Origin: an uncultured Candidatus Saccharibacteria bacterium
GTDB lineage: Bacteria; Patescibacteriota; Minisyncoccia; Phycocordibacterales; JACNGX01
Assembly: GCA_964621395.1 (NCBI GenBank)
Contig: CAZULS010000002.1
Coordinates: 170,252-234,251 of the forward strand
Direction of reading: 5' to 3'
DNA: 64,000 nucleotides
Below the pieces are notes generated by a model. The model was not told the DNA's origin. It ran no database searches and saw nothing but the letters and a program-made list of their open reading frames with translations. Shown piece after piece: positions 1 to 9,481 of this stretch. The number at the start of each line of letters is the position of its first letter. The stretch's first letter is position 1. Position numbers and translations under genes: made by a program.

Positions 1-60
1 GTCTTTGACGTCAAATGCATTTCCCACTTTGGGGACGTTTTTCAGTAAGATAACTTTCAT
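1..60 (-). CDS. rplI: 50S ribosomal protein L9, N-terminal 20 codons (partial, continues beyond window start)
   Basis: Minus-strand translation from ATG at 58-60 gives MKVILLKNVPKVGNAFDVKD, matching the canonical L9 N-terminus (MKVILL..V..G..G). The gene is truncated by the window edge. Confidence 0.45.
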   Translation of the reverse strand, partial: MKVILLKNVPKVGNAFDVKD

Positions 61-121
61 AGTTGCTCTATTTAATCATATTCTTCCTCGAAAATCAACT
101 ACTCTCACAACAAAAGACAAA

Positions 122-173
122 GTGCGCCAAAGTTAAGCTTTGGCAGAATTGCCAAAGCTTAACTTTGGCGCAC
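122..173. repeat. 52-bp near-perfect palindromic element gcgccaaagttaagctttggc..gccaaagcttaactttggcgc (family 3), copy 1
   Basis: Seen directly. A near-identical copy lies at 24311-24364 with the central loop inverted. Confidence 0.7.
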
Positions 174-324
174 ACCCACCTCATATACCTGTCATTCCCG
201 ACTTGACCCCAAGCCACAAGCGGCGGGGCAAGTTGAGAATCTTTGTAACACCACCTCTGAAGAATGTTGGAGAAGATTCCGTATCAAGTACGGAATGACA
301 AAAGAGAGTGTGGAATGACATCAT

Positions 325-696
325 TTAGCTTTCCTGCCCGCTCTTTCCTGTATACATCGACGCTCCCACAAGAATACCACCCAGGATAATGAGCGGAAGT
401 GAAATCGCAAAGAGAACGAAGGGTTCGTTCCAAGCATTAAACGCAATGAGCGTGAAGAGTCCAAAGAGAACAACGATAATACCGCTCGCCTTCTCCCACT
501 TCCACGTTGCTCCGGCGAGAATGAGAAGAAGAAGCCATGGCAAAGCATTGGGACTATTTTGAACAATGCCGGAGATGCCACCGCCATACAATTCCGCTCC
601 CGAAAGGAGAGAAAAGATAAAGAAGAACAGCGCAATAAGCGTGAGAAGCACACGTGCGATATTTCGAAGAATGTAGATGAGATGAGAATTATTCAT
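325..696 (-). CDS. hypothetical integral membrane protein (4 predicted TM helices)
   Basis: 123-aa ORF. The translation is strongly hydrophobic with helix-length segments. No recognisable family. Confidence 0.45.
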   Translation of the reverse strand: MNNSHLIYILRNIARVLLTLIALFFFIFSLLSGAELYGGGISGIVQNSPNALPWLLLLILAGATWKWEKASGIIVVLFGLFTLIAFNAWNEPFVLFAISLPLIILGGILVGASMYTGKSGQES

Positions 697-710
697 AGAG
701 CTTGAAATGA

Positions 711-956
711 TTAATTGTCAAAAGGGCGGAGAAAGGTGAAGCGAGGGACGGTGCCTTCCGGTGTTTCCACCGTGTCAGCAAACATTGCAAGCGGGCGGAC
801 CCAAAGAGGTTTGGGACCAAAATCGTCGGTGTCGTAGCGTGCACGATAGAAGACAAGTTCTTCGAGTGTCTCTGTATGACGACCGACACCGAGCACGTCG
901 TACTCTTTATCTTTGTTTTTATAGTGGTGATAAATGCCGGGGGTAATGGTGTTCAT
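711..956 (-). CDS. DUF1653-like small protein
   Basis: Translation MNTITPGIYHHYKNKDKEYDVLGVGRHTETLEELVFYRARYD..LWVRPLAMF resembles the DUF1653 pattern (YRHYKG..Y.V.G..HTET.E..V.Y...Y). The ORF track extends to 980, which would overlap the MITE-B terminus. Confidence 0.5.
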   Translation of the reverse strand: MNTITPGIYHHYKNKDKEYDVLGVGRHTETLEELVFYRARYDTDDFGPKPLWVRPLAMFADTVETPEGTVPRFTFLRPFDN

Positions 957-971
957 AATGACATAGATTTT

Positions 972-1164
972 AGAACCCATCTCACATTAAACCGCTAAAA
1001 TAACACTTTGCACTTCGTGCATAAGCTTGGCAATTCTCGCACCGACTATCCGGCTACGCCTTGTCTCTCGACGAAAACGTACGATAGTACGTTTTCGTCT
1101 CCGAGACTGCGCCTCGCTCGAATAGTCGGCACGAGAATAAGCCATTTAATATGAGATGGGTTCT
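972..1164. mobile_element. MITE-like foldback element, family B copy 1 (TIR agaacccatctcacattaaa / tttaatatgagatgggttct)
   Basis: A 193-bp element with about 20-bp terminal inverted repeats and nested internal hairpins (gacgaaaacgtac gata gtacgttttcgtc). A second copy is at 59319-59515. It lies precisely between the DUF1653 gene start and the ctpA stop codon. Confidence 0.65.
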
Positions 1165-2446
1165 AGTTATCTGCTAAAAACTCAATTGCCGCGTCCATTT
1201 GTGGATCTCTATCGGCCATGATATCTTCATAGGTCATCTCCACTTCAATATCAGGCGCAACGCCGCCATCGGAAATGGAATTGCCGCTCGGTGTAAGCCA
1301 CTTGGCAACGGTGATTTTGAGCGATGTGTTGTCTGTCACCGGGAGAAGTTCTTGCACGGATCCTTTGCCGAATGTGGTAGTGCCAATGAGCGTGGCAATG
1401 TCGTGTTCGGAAAGTGCGCCCGCGAGAATCTCAGAAGCTGAGGCGCTTCCGCCGTCGATCAAGACAACCATCTCAAGCTTATCGGTAAAGATATCGTATC
1501 CCTTGCTTCGGTGCACGTGTTCATCTTCTTTATCGTCGTATGATTCACGGACAATCGTCTTTCCCGACGGCAAAAACCAGCTCGCCATATCGACCGACGC
1601 TTCCAAGTATCCACCCGGATTACCGCGGAGATCGAGGATGAGTTTGTGTGCGCTGGAATCAATAAATTCTTGCAATGCGTTGCGGAAGAGATTGGGCGAT
1701 TGTGCGGAGAAATTGTAGAGCGAAATGACAAAGATATCTTCCTTGGCACCCGTGGCTTTACTCTCTTTTGTTTCGCTATCACGAATGTCGGTGTCGATGG
1801 TGGGAATATCAATGACAGCGCGTGTGATTGCAATATCTTCTGTCTCTCCGGCATCTTCATGAAGCACGGTAAGAGTCACGCTACTGCCTTCCGGTCCGCG
1901 AATAAGGGAGACTGCATCGTCAACCGACATGCTGTCGGTGGTTTCTTCGTCGATAGCCAGAATACGATCACCGCTGCGCATGCCGGCGCGCTCAGCCGGG
2001 GTATCCTTGAGCGGCGCAATCACCGTGAGAATGCCGTCTCTCATGCCAATCTCCATGCCGACGCCTTGGAATTGTCCGCTGATATCTTCTTCAAACTTTT
2101 CCGATTCTTGCGGTGGAAAGAAAACGGTGTATGGGTCGCCCACGGAGCCAACCATGCCGGAAATGGCACCCCACACACGTTCTTGCGCATCGGGGATTTC
2201 CCCGCCATAGTGTTCTTTGAGGAGATTCCACGCTTTCCAAAACGGTTCAAAATCGGCGGCACCGGTGATTTCTTCGTCAGTAATATGAAAGAGGTCAGTG
2301 ACTTTCTCTGCTTCCGGACGTTCCGTGTATCCGGCATACACGCCGAGCCCAAATGATGCAGCGATGAGTGCAACAGCCAGTACACCGAAGACGATACGAT
2401 GGTAGATGTTCATGAAAGATATTATAGCATAATTTCCGATTGTCAT
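1163..2446 (-). CDS. ctpA: carboxy-terminal processing protease (S41 family, PDZ domain)
   Basis: 427 aa. The PDZ segment is GVGMEIGMRDGILTVIAPLKDTPAERAGMRSGDRILAID. The S41 catalytic region is HKLILDLRGNPGGYL ... GTTTFGKGSVQ, with an N-terminal TM anchor. Confidence 0.85.
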   Translation of the reverse strand: MTIGNYAIISFMNIYHRIVFGVLAVALIAASFGLGVYAGYTERPEAEKVTDLFHITDEEITGAADFEPFWKAWNLLKEHYGGEIPDAQERVWGAISGMVGSVGDPYTVFFPPQESEKFEEDISGQFQGVGMEIGMRDGILTVIAPLKDTPAERAGMRSGDRILAIDEETTDSMSVDDAVSLIRGPEGSSVTLTVLHEDAGETEDIAITRAVIDIPTIDTDIRDSETKESKATGAKEDIFVISLYNFSAQSPNLFRNALQEFIDSSAHKLILDLRGNPGGYLEASVDMASWFLPSGKTIVRESYDDKEDEHVHRSKGYDIFTDKLEMVVLIDGGSASASEILAGALSEHDIATLIGTTTFGKGSVQELLPVTDNTSLKITVAKWLTPSGNSISDGGVAPDIEVEMTYEDIMADRDPQMDAAIEFLADN

Positions 2447-2574
2447 TCCCGGCTTGAACGGGAATCTTTACTGTCATGAAGTACATGGCTAAGTTTCGAG
2501 TATCGAGTTGCGAGACGGCGCACTCCCTGCCCCGTCGGAGCCTTGGCGAAGTGGGGACGCACGCCTCCACAAAA

Positions 2575-2597
2575 AAAGCTGCACCTCGGTGCAGCAC
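2575..2597 (-). terminator. Rho-independent terminator hairpin (gctgcacctcggtgcagc) preceded by an A-run on the plus strand
   Basis: A perfect 7-bp stem with a 4-nt loop. The U-run is on the minus strand, immediately 3' of the HTH regulator stop. Confidence 0.5.
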
Positions 2598-2600
2598 ATT

Positions 2601-2969
2601 TCAATTCTTGCCGAAAGTGTCTTTGTCGACATCAGGATATCCCTTTCCCTTCTGAAACCTATTCCCTCTGTCGGACATTTTTCGTAATCCTTTGAGTATT
2701 TCATCGACGTCGAACGCATCCACAAGTTCATGAAATGCCTCAGAAATCTTGTCTCCTTTCCACAAGTCAGATACCGAGACATCAAGTGATTGCGCGAGTC
2801 TGTCTATTATTTCGAGATGGGGATATGTTTTACCATTTTCTATTTTTTCTAAAAATCCAGAAGAAATATTTGAAATTCGCGCCAATTTTTCCAGAGAAAG
2901 CTTCTTTGCTTCACGATATTTTCTGATGTTATTTCCTAGACTTTCTTCTGACGACCTGTGTTCTTTCAT
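2601..2969 (-). CDS. XRE-family helix-turn-helix transcriptional regulator
   Basis: 122 aa. KLSLEKLARISNISSGFLEKIENGKTYPHLEIIDRLAQSLDVSVSDLW is a classic Cro/C1-type HTH. Confidence 0.7.
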   Translation of the reverse strand: MKEHRSSEESLGNNIRKYREAKKLSLEKLARISNISSGFLEKIENGKTYPHLEIIDRLAQSLDVSVSDLWKGDKISEAFHELVDAFDVDEILKGLRKMSDRGNRFQKGKGYPDVDKDTFGKN

Positions 2970-3161
2970 AATTCCTTGTTCTTTATGTTGCGATGATTTT
3001 TACCGATACTTATAATAAATCCTCATAAGTTTTTGTCAAGCCCACGAAGTGGCGTTCTAACAACTACTCACTAAAAACTAACAACTAAACTATGGTATAC
3101 TATATCCAAGTTATATTACCCTTTTCTCGAAACTCGATACTCGTAACTCGCGACTCTTTTT

Positions 3162-4085
3162 ATGCTTAAGCGCTATACATACAAAAAAATCACATGGGTT
3201 GATTTGGAATCTCCGTCACAGGACGAAATACGCGAAGTGATGCAGGAGTTTCATATTGACCCTCTTGTTGCCGAGGAGCTTCTTGTGCCGACGGTGCGTC
3301 CGAAAGTGGATCTCCATGAAAACTATCTCTACCTCATTCTTCACTTTCCTGCGTATCTGCATAATCACGGTGCGGCGCATGATTACGGCGAACAGGAAGT
3401 CGATTTTATCGTGGGAAAAGATTTTATTATCACCACGCACTATGAGATGGTTGATCCAATTCACGAATTTTCCAAAGTCTTTGAAGTGCATTCCATGGTT
3501 AATCGAAGTGTGATGGGTAATCATGCCGGCTTTGTCCTTTTCTTTATTCTCCGAAATTTGTATCGATCACTTGGCTACGGACTCGATGCCATCGGTGATG
3601 ATTTGGAAGAAATTGAAACACATGTCTTTGAAGGGAGGGAGAAAAAAATGGTGCATGCACTCTCCGGCGTGTCGCGCGATTTACTCAACTTCAAACAGTC
3701 GATTCGGCTTCACAAGGATGTGTTGGAATCGCTTGAAAATGTGGGCCCCGATTTTTTTGGTGCGAAGTTTGCTCCGTATATGCATACGCTTATCGGTGAG
3801 TATTATCGCATTTCCTCGGAGCTTGAAAGTCATCGGGAGTCGTTTATGGAACTTCGCGAAACCAATGACTCACTTTTGACGACCAAGCAAAACGAGACCA
3901 TGAAGGTTTTCACTATCCTTGCTTTTGTCACCTTTCCGCTTTCGCTCGTCGCCAGCATCTTCGGCATGAACACGCAAGACATGCCGTTTGTCGGCTATCC
4001 GGGAGATTTCTGGGTCGTCATTGGTATTATGGTGGTTGCGACATTGATAATGTTTATGTATTTCCGGCATAAGGATTGGATGTGA
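3162..4085 (+). CDS. corA: CorA-family Mg2+/Co2+ transporter
   Basis: 307 aa. Two C-terminal TM helices and the signature GMN motif (ASIFGMNTQDMPF). Confidence 0.9.
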   Translation: MLKRYTYKKITWVDLESPSQDEIREVMQEFHIDPLVAEELLVPTVRPKVDLHENYLYLILHFPAYLHNHGAAHDYGEQEVDFIVGKDFIITTHYEMVDPIHEFSKVFEVHSMVNRSVMGNHAGFVLFFILRNLYRSLGYGLDAIGDDLEEIETHVFEGREKKMVHALSGVSRDLLNFKQSIRLHKDVLESLENVGPDFFGAKFAPYMHTLIGEYYRISSELESHRESFMELRETNDSLLTTKQNETMKVFTILAFVTFPLSLVASIFGMNTQDMPFVGYPGDFWVVIGIMVVATLIMFMYFRHKDWM

Positions 4086-4408
4086 GAACAGAAGTTAGAA
4101 ATTAGGAATTAGAAATGAGAAAGGCGGCGCGGCTACGCCGCGCCGCTCCCATAGTCAATATCAATATACGTGTCATCCCGTCCAGCCCCACATCATTGAG
4201 CATGGAAATGCATATCCCTAACTCAGCAATAATTCTACCGAGAAAAATCTTTTCTTCTTCAGAATCATAAATGTGGGGCTGGAATGCGGGATCTCCCCGA
4301 ACAGTTTTCGGAAATGATATGACGAAGATTCCGGACTCATGCCCGACCGCTTGCGGTTTAGGGTCAAGTCCGGAATGACAACAATATTTTTTCAGTTCAA
4401 AGTATTTT

Positions 4409-5833
4409 ATGAAAGACATTTACTTCACCAATACACTTACCCGCAAAAAAGAACTCTTCAAGCCAGGGAACCCGCCCTTGGTGTCGATGTATCAGTGCGG
4501 GCCCACGGTATATTGGACACAGCATATTGGTAATCTTCGCGCGGCAGTGATGGGCGATGTGGTGGTCCGTTCTCTCACCTACCTTGGCTACGATGTGAAG
4601 CTTGTGCGGAATTATACGGATGTCGGCCATCTCACCTCCGATGAAGACGAAGGAGAAGACAAAATGGAAAAGGGTGCTCGCCGTGAAGGTCTCTCTCCCG
4701 AGGAAATTGCGCAAAAATATATCGATCGCTATGAGCAAGATGTGGCTGCGCTCCATATCACTCCCCCTGCCGTGTGTCCGCGTGCGACCAATCATATTTC
4801 CGATATGATTGCGCTTACCGAAACGCTTCTCTCGAAAGGTTTTGCATACACTACTCCATCGGCGATTTATTTTGATGTGAGCAAGGTGAAAGACTACACC
4901 AAGCTTTCCGGACAGAATCTCGATGAACTTCGGACCGGTGCCGGTAGCGGTGAGGTGGAAGATTCGGAAAAGAAAAGTCGTCTCGATTTTGCGCTGTGGT
5001 TTTTCAAAGCGGGTACTCATAAAAATGCTCTGCAGACATGGCATTCGCCCTTTGAGTCTCCCCTCGTGGATCACGGCGAAGGATTTCCCGGCTGGCATAT
5101 TGAATGTTCGGCGATGATTGAGGCACATCTTGGCGAGACGATTGATATCCATATGGGCGGTATTGAGCATGTTCCGGTGCATCACACGAATGAAATCGCA
5201 CAAAGCGAATCAGCTCATGACGGAAAAGAGTACGCGCGTATGTGGCTGCACAATGAACACCTTACGGTAAACGGCGGAAAAATGGCCAAGTCTGAAGGCA
5301 CCGGATATTCGCTTGAAGAGGTGGAAGAGAAGGGCTTCTCCCCTCTTGCACTGCGCTATTTTTTCCTCCAGGCACATTATCGTTCGAAGCAGAATTTCAC
5401 CTGGAAAGCGCTTGAGGCGGCTTCGCGCGGTTTGGAGAATATTGCGAAGGCATTTCGTGCGCTTCCCGAAAATGCTGGCGCGAAGCCCGATGAAAAAACA
5501 ATTGCACTCTTTTCCGAGAAAATTGCCGATGACGCAAATATACCGCAAGCGCTCGCTGTTTTTCACGATGTGCTCGGTTCCGATATGGATGCCGGCGAGA
5601 AGCGTGCCACGCTTCTTAACATGGACCGCGTGCTTGGTCTCGGGCTTGCTGATCTTAAAAGCGAAGAGAAAGAATATATTCCCGAAGATATTATCGCCCG
5701 TGCCAAAGAGCGCGACGAGCTTCGTACACAAGGCGACTATGCCGCGTCTGATGCAATTCGTGACGAACTCGCCGAAAAAGGATATGAAATAAAAGACACG
5801 CCCGACGGCGGGCGTGTTGAGAGGGTCTTCTAA
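4409..5833 (+). CDS. cysS: cysteinyl-tRNA synthetase
   Basis: 474 aa. Class I HIGH-type motif (HIGN), KMSKS variant (KMAKSEG), CysRS zinc ligands (CGPTVY..) and a C-terminal DALR-like domain. Confidence 0.95.
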   Translation: MKDIYFTNTLTRKKELFKPGNPPLVSMYQCGPTVYWTQHIGNLRAAVMGDVVVRSLTYLGYDVKLVRNYTDVGHLTSDEDEGEDKMEKGARREGLSPEEIAQKYIDRYEQDVAALHITPPAVCPRATNHISDMIALTETLLSKGFAYTTPSAIYFDVSKVKDYTKLSGQNLDELRTGAGSGEVEDSEKKSRLDFALWFFKAGTHKNALQTWHSPFESPLVDHGEGFPGWHIECSAMIEAHLGETIDIHMGGIEHVPVHHTNEIAQSESAHDGKEYARMWLHNEHLTVNGGKMAKSEGTGYSLEEVEEKGFSPLALRYFFLQAHYRSKQNFTWKALEAASRGLENIAKAFRALPENAGAKPDEKTIALFSEKIADDANIPQALAVFHDVLGSDMDAGEKRATLLNMDRVLGLGLADLKSEEKEYIPEDIIARAKERDELRTQGDYAASDAIRDELAEKGYEIKDTPDGGRVERVF

Positions 5834-5842
5834 CAAAATACG

Positions 5843-6127
5843 CTACTTTGGAGAAAGTGAAATACCGAAATTGAAGTAAATTTTGATATTAAAACCGTCG
5901 ACCTCATGTTCGGTAAAGTCATCAGACGGATCAATGATATTTTGAAGCTCAATACACCCCTCAGCAAAACCGTTCAATGTGTCTGCTATTGGACCGCTAC
6001 CATCTTCGTCTTCTACGGTACTCGCCATTCGTCCGGTAACTGACGAGAGAAGAGTCAGTATTGCGGCTACCGTACTTTTTCCTACGTAATCAGCAGCACG
6101 GGGAATGTCCGGAATTGTAAAACTCAT
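5843..6127 (-). CDS. hypothetical protein (weak call)
   Basis: An ORF convergent with cysS, with only a 9-nt gap to the cysS stop. The translation looks protein-like but has no recognisable family and no RBS. Confidence 0.3.
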   Translation of the reverse strand: MSFTIPDIPRAADYVGKSTVAAILTLLSSVTGRMASTVEDEDGSGPIADTLNGFAEGCIELQNIIDPSDDFTEHEVDGFNIKIYFNFGISLSPK

Positions 6128-6299
6128 TTTTATTATGTTCACATATTTTGCAATAGCAGCGCGCGGACCGAAGGTCCACGCGCTGCTATTCCTGTTTTCT
6201 ATTTCCTAATTCCTACTGTGGCCGAGCATGCTTGTCATGCTTTAGGTCTTTCTGAATCATCCCCAGTTTATCCCCACACTCTCCCCTATTTTTCGGTTT

Positions 6300-7709
6300 T
6301 TGTCGTCTGGTCGCTCTTTTTTGGTATGGTACAATATGGAAACCATGTCAGAAAACACACGAGGCGGTGGACGTATTCCGCCCCAACATCTCGATTCTGA
6401 AAAAGCGCTTCTTGGCGCCATTATGATTAAGCCCGCGGCAATGATTGATGTGGCGGATTTGGTAACTCCGGAAATGTTTTATGCTGACAAGCACGCAATT
6501 ATCTATGAGACGATGCTTGAGTTGCATAAGAAGGGCGATCCGATTGATATCCTCTCTCTTTCTTCGCGACTCGAAGAACGCAAATCACTCGATCGTGTCG
6601 GCGGTAATGCCTACATCACCGAACTTGCCGGCACCGTCCCCTCTGCTTCCAATGCCGAATACTACGCGCACATCGTGAAGTCTAAAGCCATCAAGCGTGA
6701 GCTCATTTCCATTGCCGATCATATCAGCGAGCTCGGCTATGCCGAGGAGAAAGATATTGAAGAGGTTCTTGATACCGCTGAGAAGAAAATCTTCTCTGTG
6801 ACAGGCGCATATACCAAGCGTTCGTTTATGCCGATTGCCGATATTTTGCCGGAAGCATGGGCGAAGTATGAGGAGCTGCACAATAATGAAGGGACGACTC
6901 GTGGCGTGCCCACGGGCTTCCCCGATCTTGATACTCTCCTCTCGGGCTTACAACCTTCTGATATGGTGGTGCTTGCCGCGCGACCTTCGATGGGTAAGAC
7001 GACGCTTGCTCTTGATATTGCTCGCGGCGCCGCTATTGGTCATGGAGTGCCCGTGGGAGTGTTTTCTCTTGAAATGAGCTCGCATCAGCTCGTGAACCGT
7101 ATGCTTTCTGCCGAGGCTAGAGTGGACGCATGGAAGCTCCGCACCGGAAAGCTCAAAAGCGACGAAGAATATGAGAAGCTTCGCGACGCTATTGATCGCG
7201 TTTCAAAAGCGCCAATCTACATCGACGACAAGCCGGGCAACACAATCATGGGTATGCGCTCGATGGCGCGTCAGCTCAAGGCAAAGCATGGTGTGGGGCT
7301 CATTATTGTGGATTATCTTCAGCTCATTACTCCCGCGCGACACTATGATTCCATGGTGAATCAAGTGACGGAGCTTTCCCACGGCATCAAGGAGCTTGCA
7401 CGAGAAGTGGAAGTGCCGGTGCTTATCCTCTCTCAGCTTTCTCGTGCGGTGGAAGCACGCGGCGGTAAGCCTCGCCTCTCCGACCTTCGTGATTCCGGTT
7501 CTATTGAGCAAGACGCTGATGTGGTGATGTTTATTCATCGCGAGGATAAATACAATGATCAATCAGATAAACCCAATGTGGCGCAGATTTTGATTGAAAA
7601 ACACCGCAACGGTCCGACGGGATTTATTGAACTGTATTTCGACGATAAGCAAACCACTTTCCTTTCAATTGATAAAAAGGCGCAGGTGGATCCATTTGAA
7701 TCGCTCTAA
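6300..7709 (+). CDS. dnaB: replicative DNA helicase DnaB (likely true start at ATG 6336)
   Basis: The N-terminal domain is LDSEKALLGAIMIKPAAMIDV. Walker A is ARPSMGKTTLALDIA. The region IIVDYLQLI .. RDSGSIEQDADVV matches the RecA-like fold of DnaB. Confidence 0.9.
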   Translation: MSSGRSFLVWYNMETMSENTRGGGRIPPQHLDSEKALLGAIMIKPAAMIDVADLVTPEMFYADKHAIIYETMLELHKKGDPIDILSLSSRLEERKSLDRVGGNAYITELAGTVPSASNAEYYAHIVKSKAIKRELISIADHISELGYAEEKDIEEVLDTAEKKIFSVTGAYTKRSFMPIADILPEAWAKYEELHNNEGTTRGVPTGFPDLDTLLSGLQPSDMVVLAARPSMGKTTLALDIARGAAIGHGVPVGVFSLEMSSHQLVNRMLSAEARVDAWKLRTGKLKSDEEYEKLRDAIDRVSKAPIYIDDKPGNTIMGMRSMARQLKAKHGVGLIIVDYLQLITPARHYDSMVNQVTELSHGIKELAREVEVPVLILSQLSRAVEARGGKPRLSDLRDSGSIEQDADVVMFIHREDKYNDQSDKPNVAQILIEKHRNGPTGFIELYFDDKQTTFLSIDKKAQVDPFESL

Positions 7710-7825
7710 GGAGCGAAGAATTAAGAATAAAATATGAGAACCTTCTTTCTCTTAATTCGTAATTCTTCATTCTTGGCACGTTGCTCTCTTTACGTTATGT
7801 TACCCCCTCATCCATTCAATTCCTC

Positions 7826-8440
7826 ATGGACCTCATTGATCAATTAACCGAATCATTCAAACGCTTTCCCGGCATTGGCTCGCGCCAGGCGCGGCGCTTT
7901 GCATATTTTCTCTTAAACAGCTCTCCGGGGTTTCGTCAAGCACTTGCACACAACATCACCGCCCTTTCCTCGGAAATCGTGCAATGCGACACCTGCTATC
8001 GTTTCTTCAGAAAAGAAAACGGTGCTGTAACGTGCCCGATATGTGCCGATACCGCACGCGATAATACACGGCTCTTGGTCGTGGAAAAGGATATGGACTT
8101 TGAGAATATTCATGCCATGGGAGTGTTTGATGGAAAGTATTTCGTTTTAGGCGGCTCTCTTCCTGTGTTGGCTGAGGATCCGGCGCGACTTATTCGTATC
8201 AAGGAGCTTGTGGCGCGTGTGGAGAGCGGTGCGCAGGAAGGGCTGAAAGAAATTATTCTCGCTTTTTCAGTAAATGTGGAAGGAGAAAATACGGCACAAT
8301 ATGTGAGGAAAACGCTGGAGCCAATGTGTGAGCGGCTTGGCGTGAATGTGTCGTTGCTCGGGAAAGGGCTTTCCACCGGCACCGAACTCGAGTATTCCGA
8401 CAACGATACATTCCGCAGCGCTTTGGAGAATAGGAGGTAG
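7826..8440 (+). CDS. recR: recombination protein RecR
   Basis: Start MDLIDQLTESFKRFPGIGSRQARRFA (HhH motif), a C4 zinc finger CDTCYRFFRKENGAVTCPICAD, then a Toprim domain (LLVVEKDMDFENIHAMGVFDGKYFVLGG). The ORF track begins at 7781, but the RecR consensus N-terminus starts at 7826. Confidence 0.9.
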   Translation: MDLIDQLTESFKRFPGIGSRQARRFAYFLLNSSPGFRQALAHNITALSSEIVQCDTCYRFFRKENGAVTCPICADTARDNTRLLVVEKDMDFENIHAMGVFDGKYFVLGGSLPVLAEDPARLIRIKELVARVESGAQEGLKEIILAFSVNVEGENTAQYVRKTLEPMCERLGVNVSLLGKGLSTGTELEYSDNDTFRSALENRR

Positions 8441-8819
8441 GAGAACGATAAACTGTTGAACGATAAACGATAAACAAGCGCGGACTAACCCCACTTTGTT
8501 AGGTGCTTCAGCAGAAGCGCAAAAACCATCGAAGGTCTTTTTCTCACCTTCTTATCCCTTGTTGGGGTAAGTGCCTTCTTGGTTGGATATTTTGCTGGGT
8601 CCTTTCCGCTGGGTCAGCTCTTGTACAATATGCTCAGCATCAACTCTTTACATCTTGGTTTTGTTGGCCTTGTGGGGATGTTGGGCATCATCCTTTCACA
8701 AACGACTCTGTATGTTGCAAATAGGTAGTAAGTTTACTATTGTAACCCCCCTTTTTTACTCGGGGGGTGTATTTGTTTTTTTAAACAAAAACAACGCAAG
8801 CATTTAGCTTGTGTTGTCC

Positions 8820-9137
8820 TTATTTAATCTTCGAAATCGTTACCGTATTGTACAGCTGACGGTGCCCGCGCTTTTTGAAGTATCGGCTTTTTGCTTTGTA
8901 GCGGATGACGGTCACTTTGTCACTCTTCCCCGCTTCACCGAATGTGGCTTCTACACTTGCGCCGTCAATATACGGCGTGCCGAGTGTGGTCTTCGCACCG
9001 TCGTCTTTAAGGAGTACACTATCAAATACAACAGTATCCCCTTCCTTATATTCGCCGGAAAGCTTCTCGATTTCAATTGTGTCGCCTTCTGAGACACGAT
9101 ACTGCTTACCACCTGTTTCAATAACTGCTTGTGTCAT
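8820..9137 (-). CDS. rplU: 50S ribosomal protein L21
   Basis: MTQAVIETGGKQYRVSEGDTIEIEKL ... KVTVIRYKAKSRYFKKRGHRQLYNTVTISKIK is canonical L21. The start was chosen at the conserved M (the ORF track extends to 9176). Confidence 0.9.
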   Translation of the reverse strand: MTQAVIETGGKQYRVSEGDTIEIEKLSGEYKEGDTVVFDSVLLKDDGAKTTLGTPYIDGASVEATFGEAGKSDKVTVIRYKAKSRYFKKRGHRQLYNTVTISKIK

Positions 9138-9272
9138 AGTGGTGCATATCATACAGCATATGAACTCTAAATGCAAGCATTCTGGTCAATGGGCATTGAC
9201 TTATATAATAAGGGTGTTATAATACCATTTGTACTGCAATTGTTCACCCAAAACACAAACACAAACAGGAAA

Positions 9273-9407
9273 ATGACAAAAAAAGAAGGCAAACAGATAG
9301 CCACATTCTGGGGTGCTGTCCTTCTTGTCATCCTCCTTGTCAGTTTTTATGTCCAAAGTACTGAGAAAGAGGAGATAAAGGAAACTCCAATCGAGTCTAA
9401 AAAATGA
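9273..9407 (+). CDS. small hypothetical membrane protein (44 aa)
   Basis: MTKKEGKQIATFWGAVLLVILLVSFYVQSTEKEEIKETPIESKK has one TM helix. There is an AGGA 6 nt upstream of the ATG, and a bidirectional hairpin terminator at 9413-9445 follows. Confidence 0.35.
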   Translation: MTKKEGKQIATFWGAVLLVILLVSFYVQSTEKEEIKETPIESKK

Positions 9408-9481
9408 GACTCAAAAGGTGTATATGTTCGCATGTGCACCTTTTTCATTTTATGAACTCTATTATACGGATTCTTCGTGTT

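Noticed and set aside
1646-2356. 236-aa plus-strand ORF
   Set aside because: Antisense to ctpA, whose S41/PDZ identity is unambiguous.
8503-8807. Two overlapping plus-strand ORFs (73 and 78 aa) between recR and rplU
   Set aside because: One requires a GTG start. Both are Cys/Trp-rich products of a T-rich spacer, and a third frame looks more protein-like but lacks any start codon. None could be supported as a CDS.
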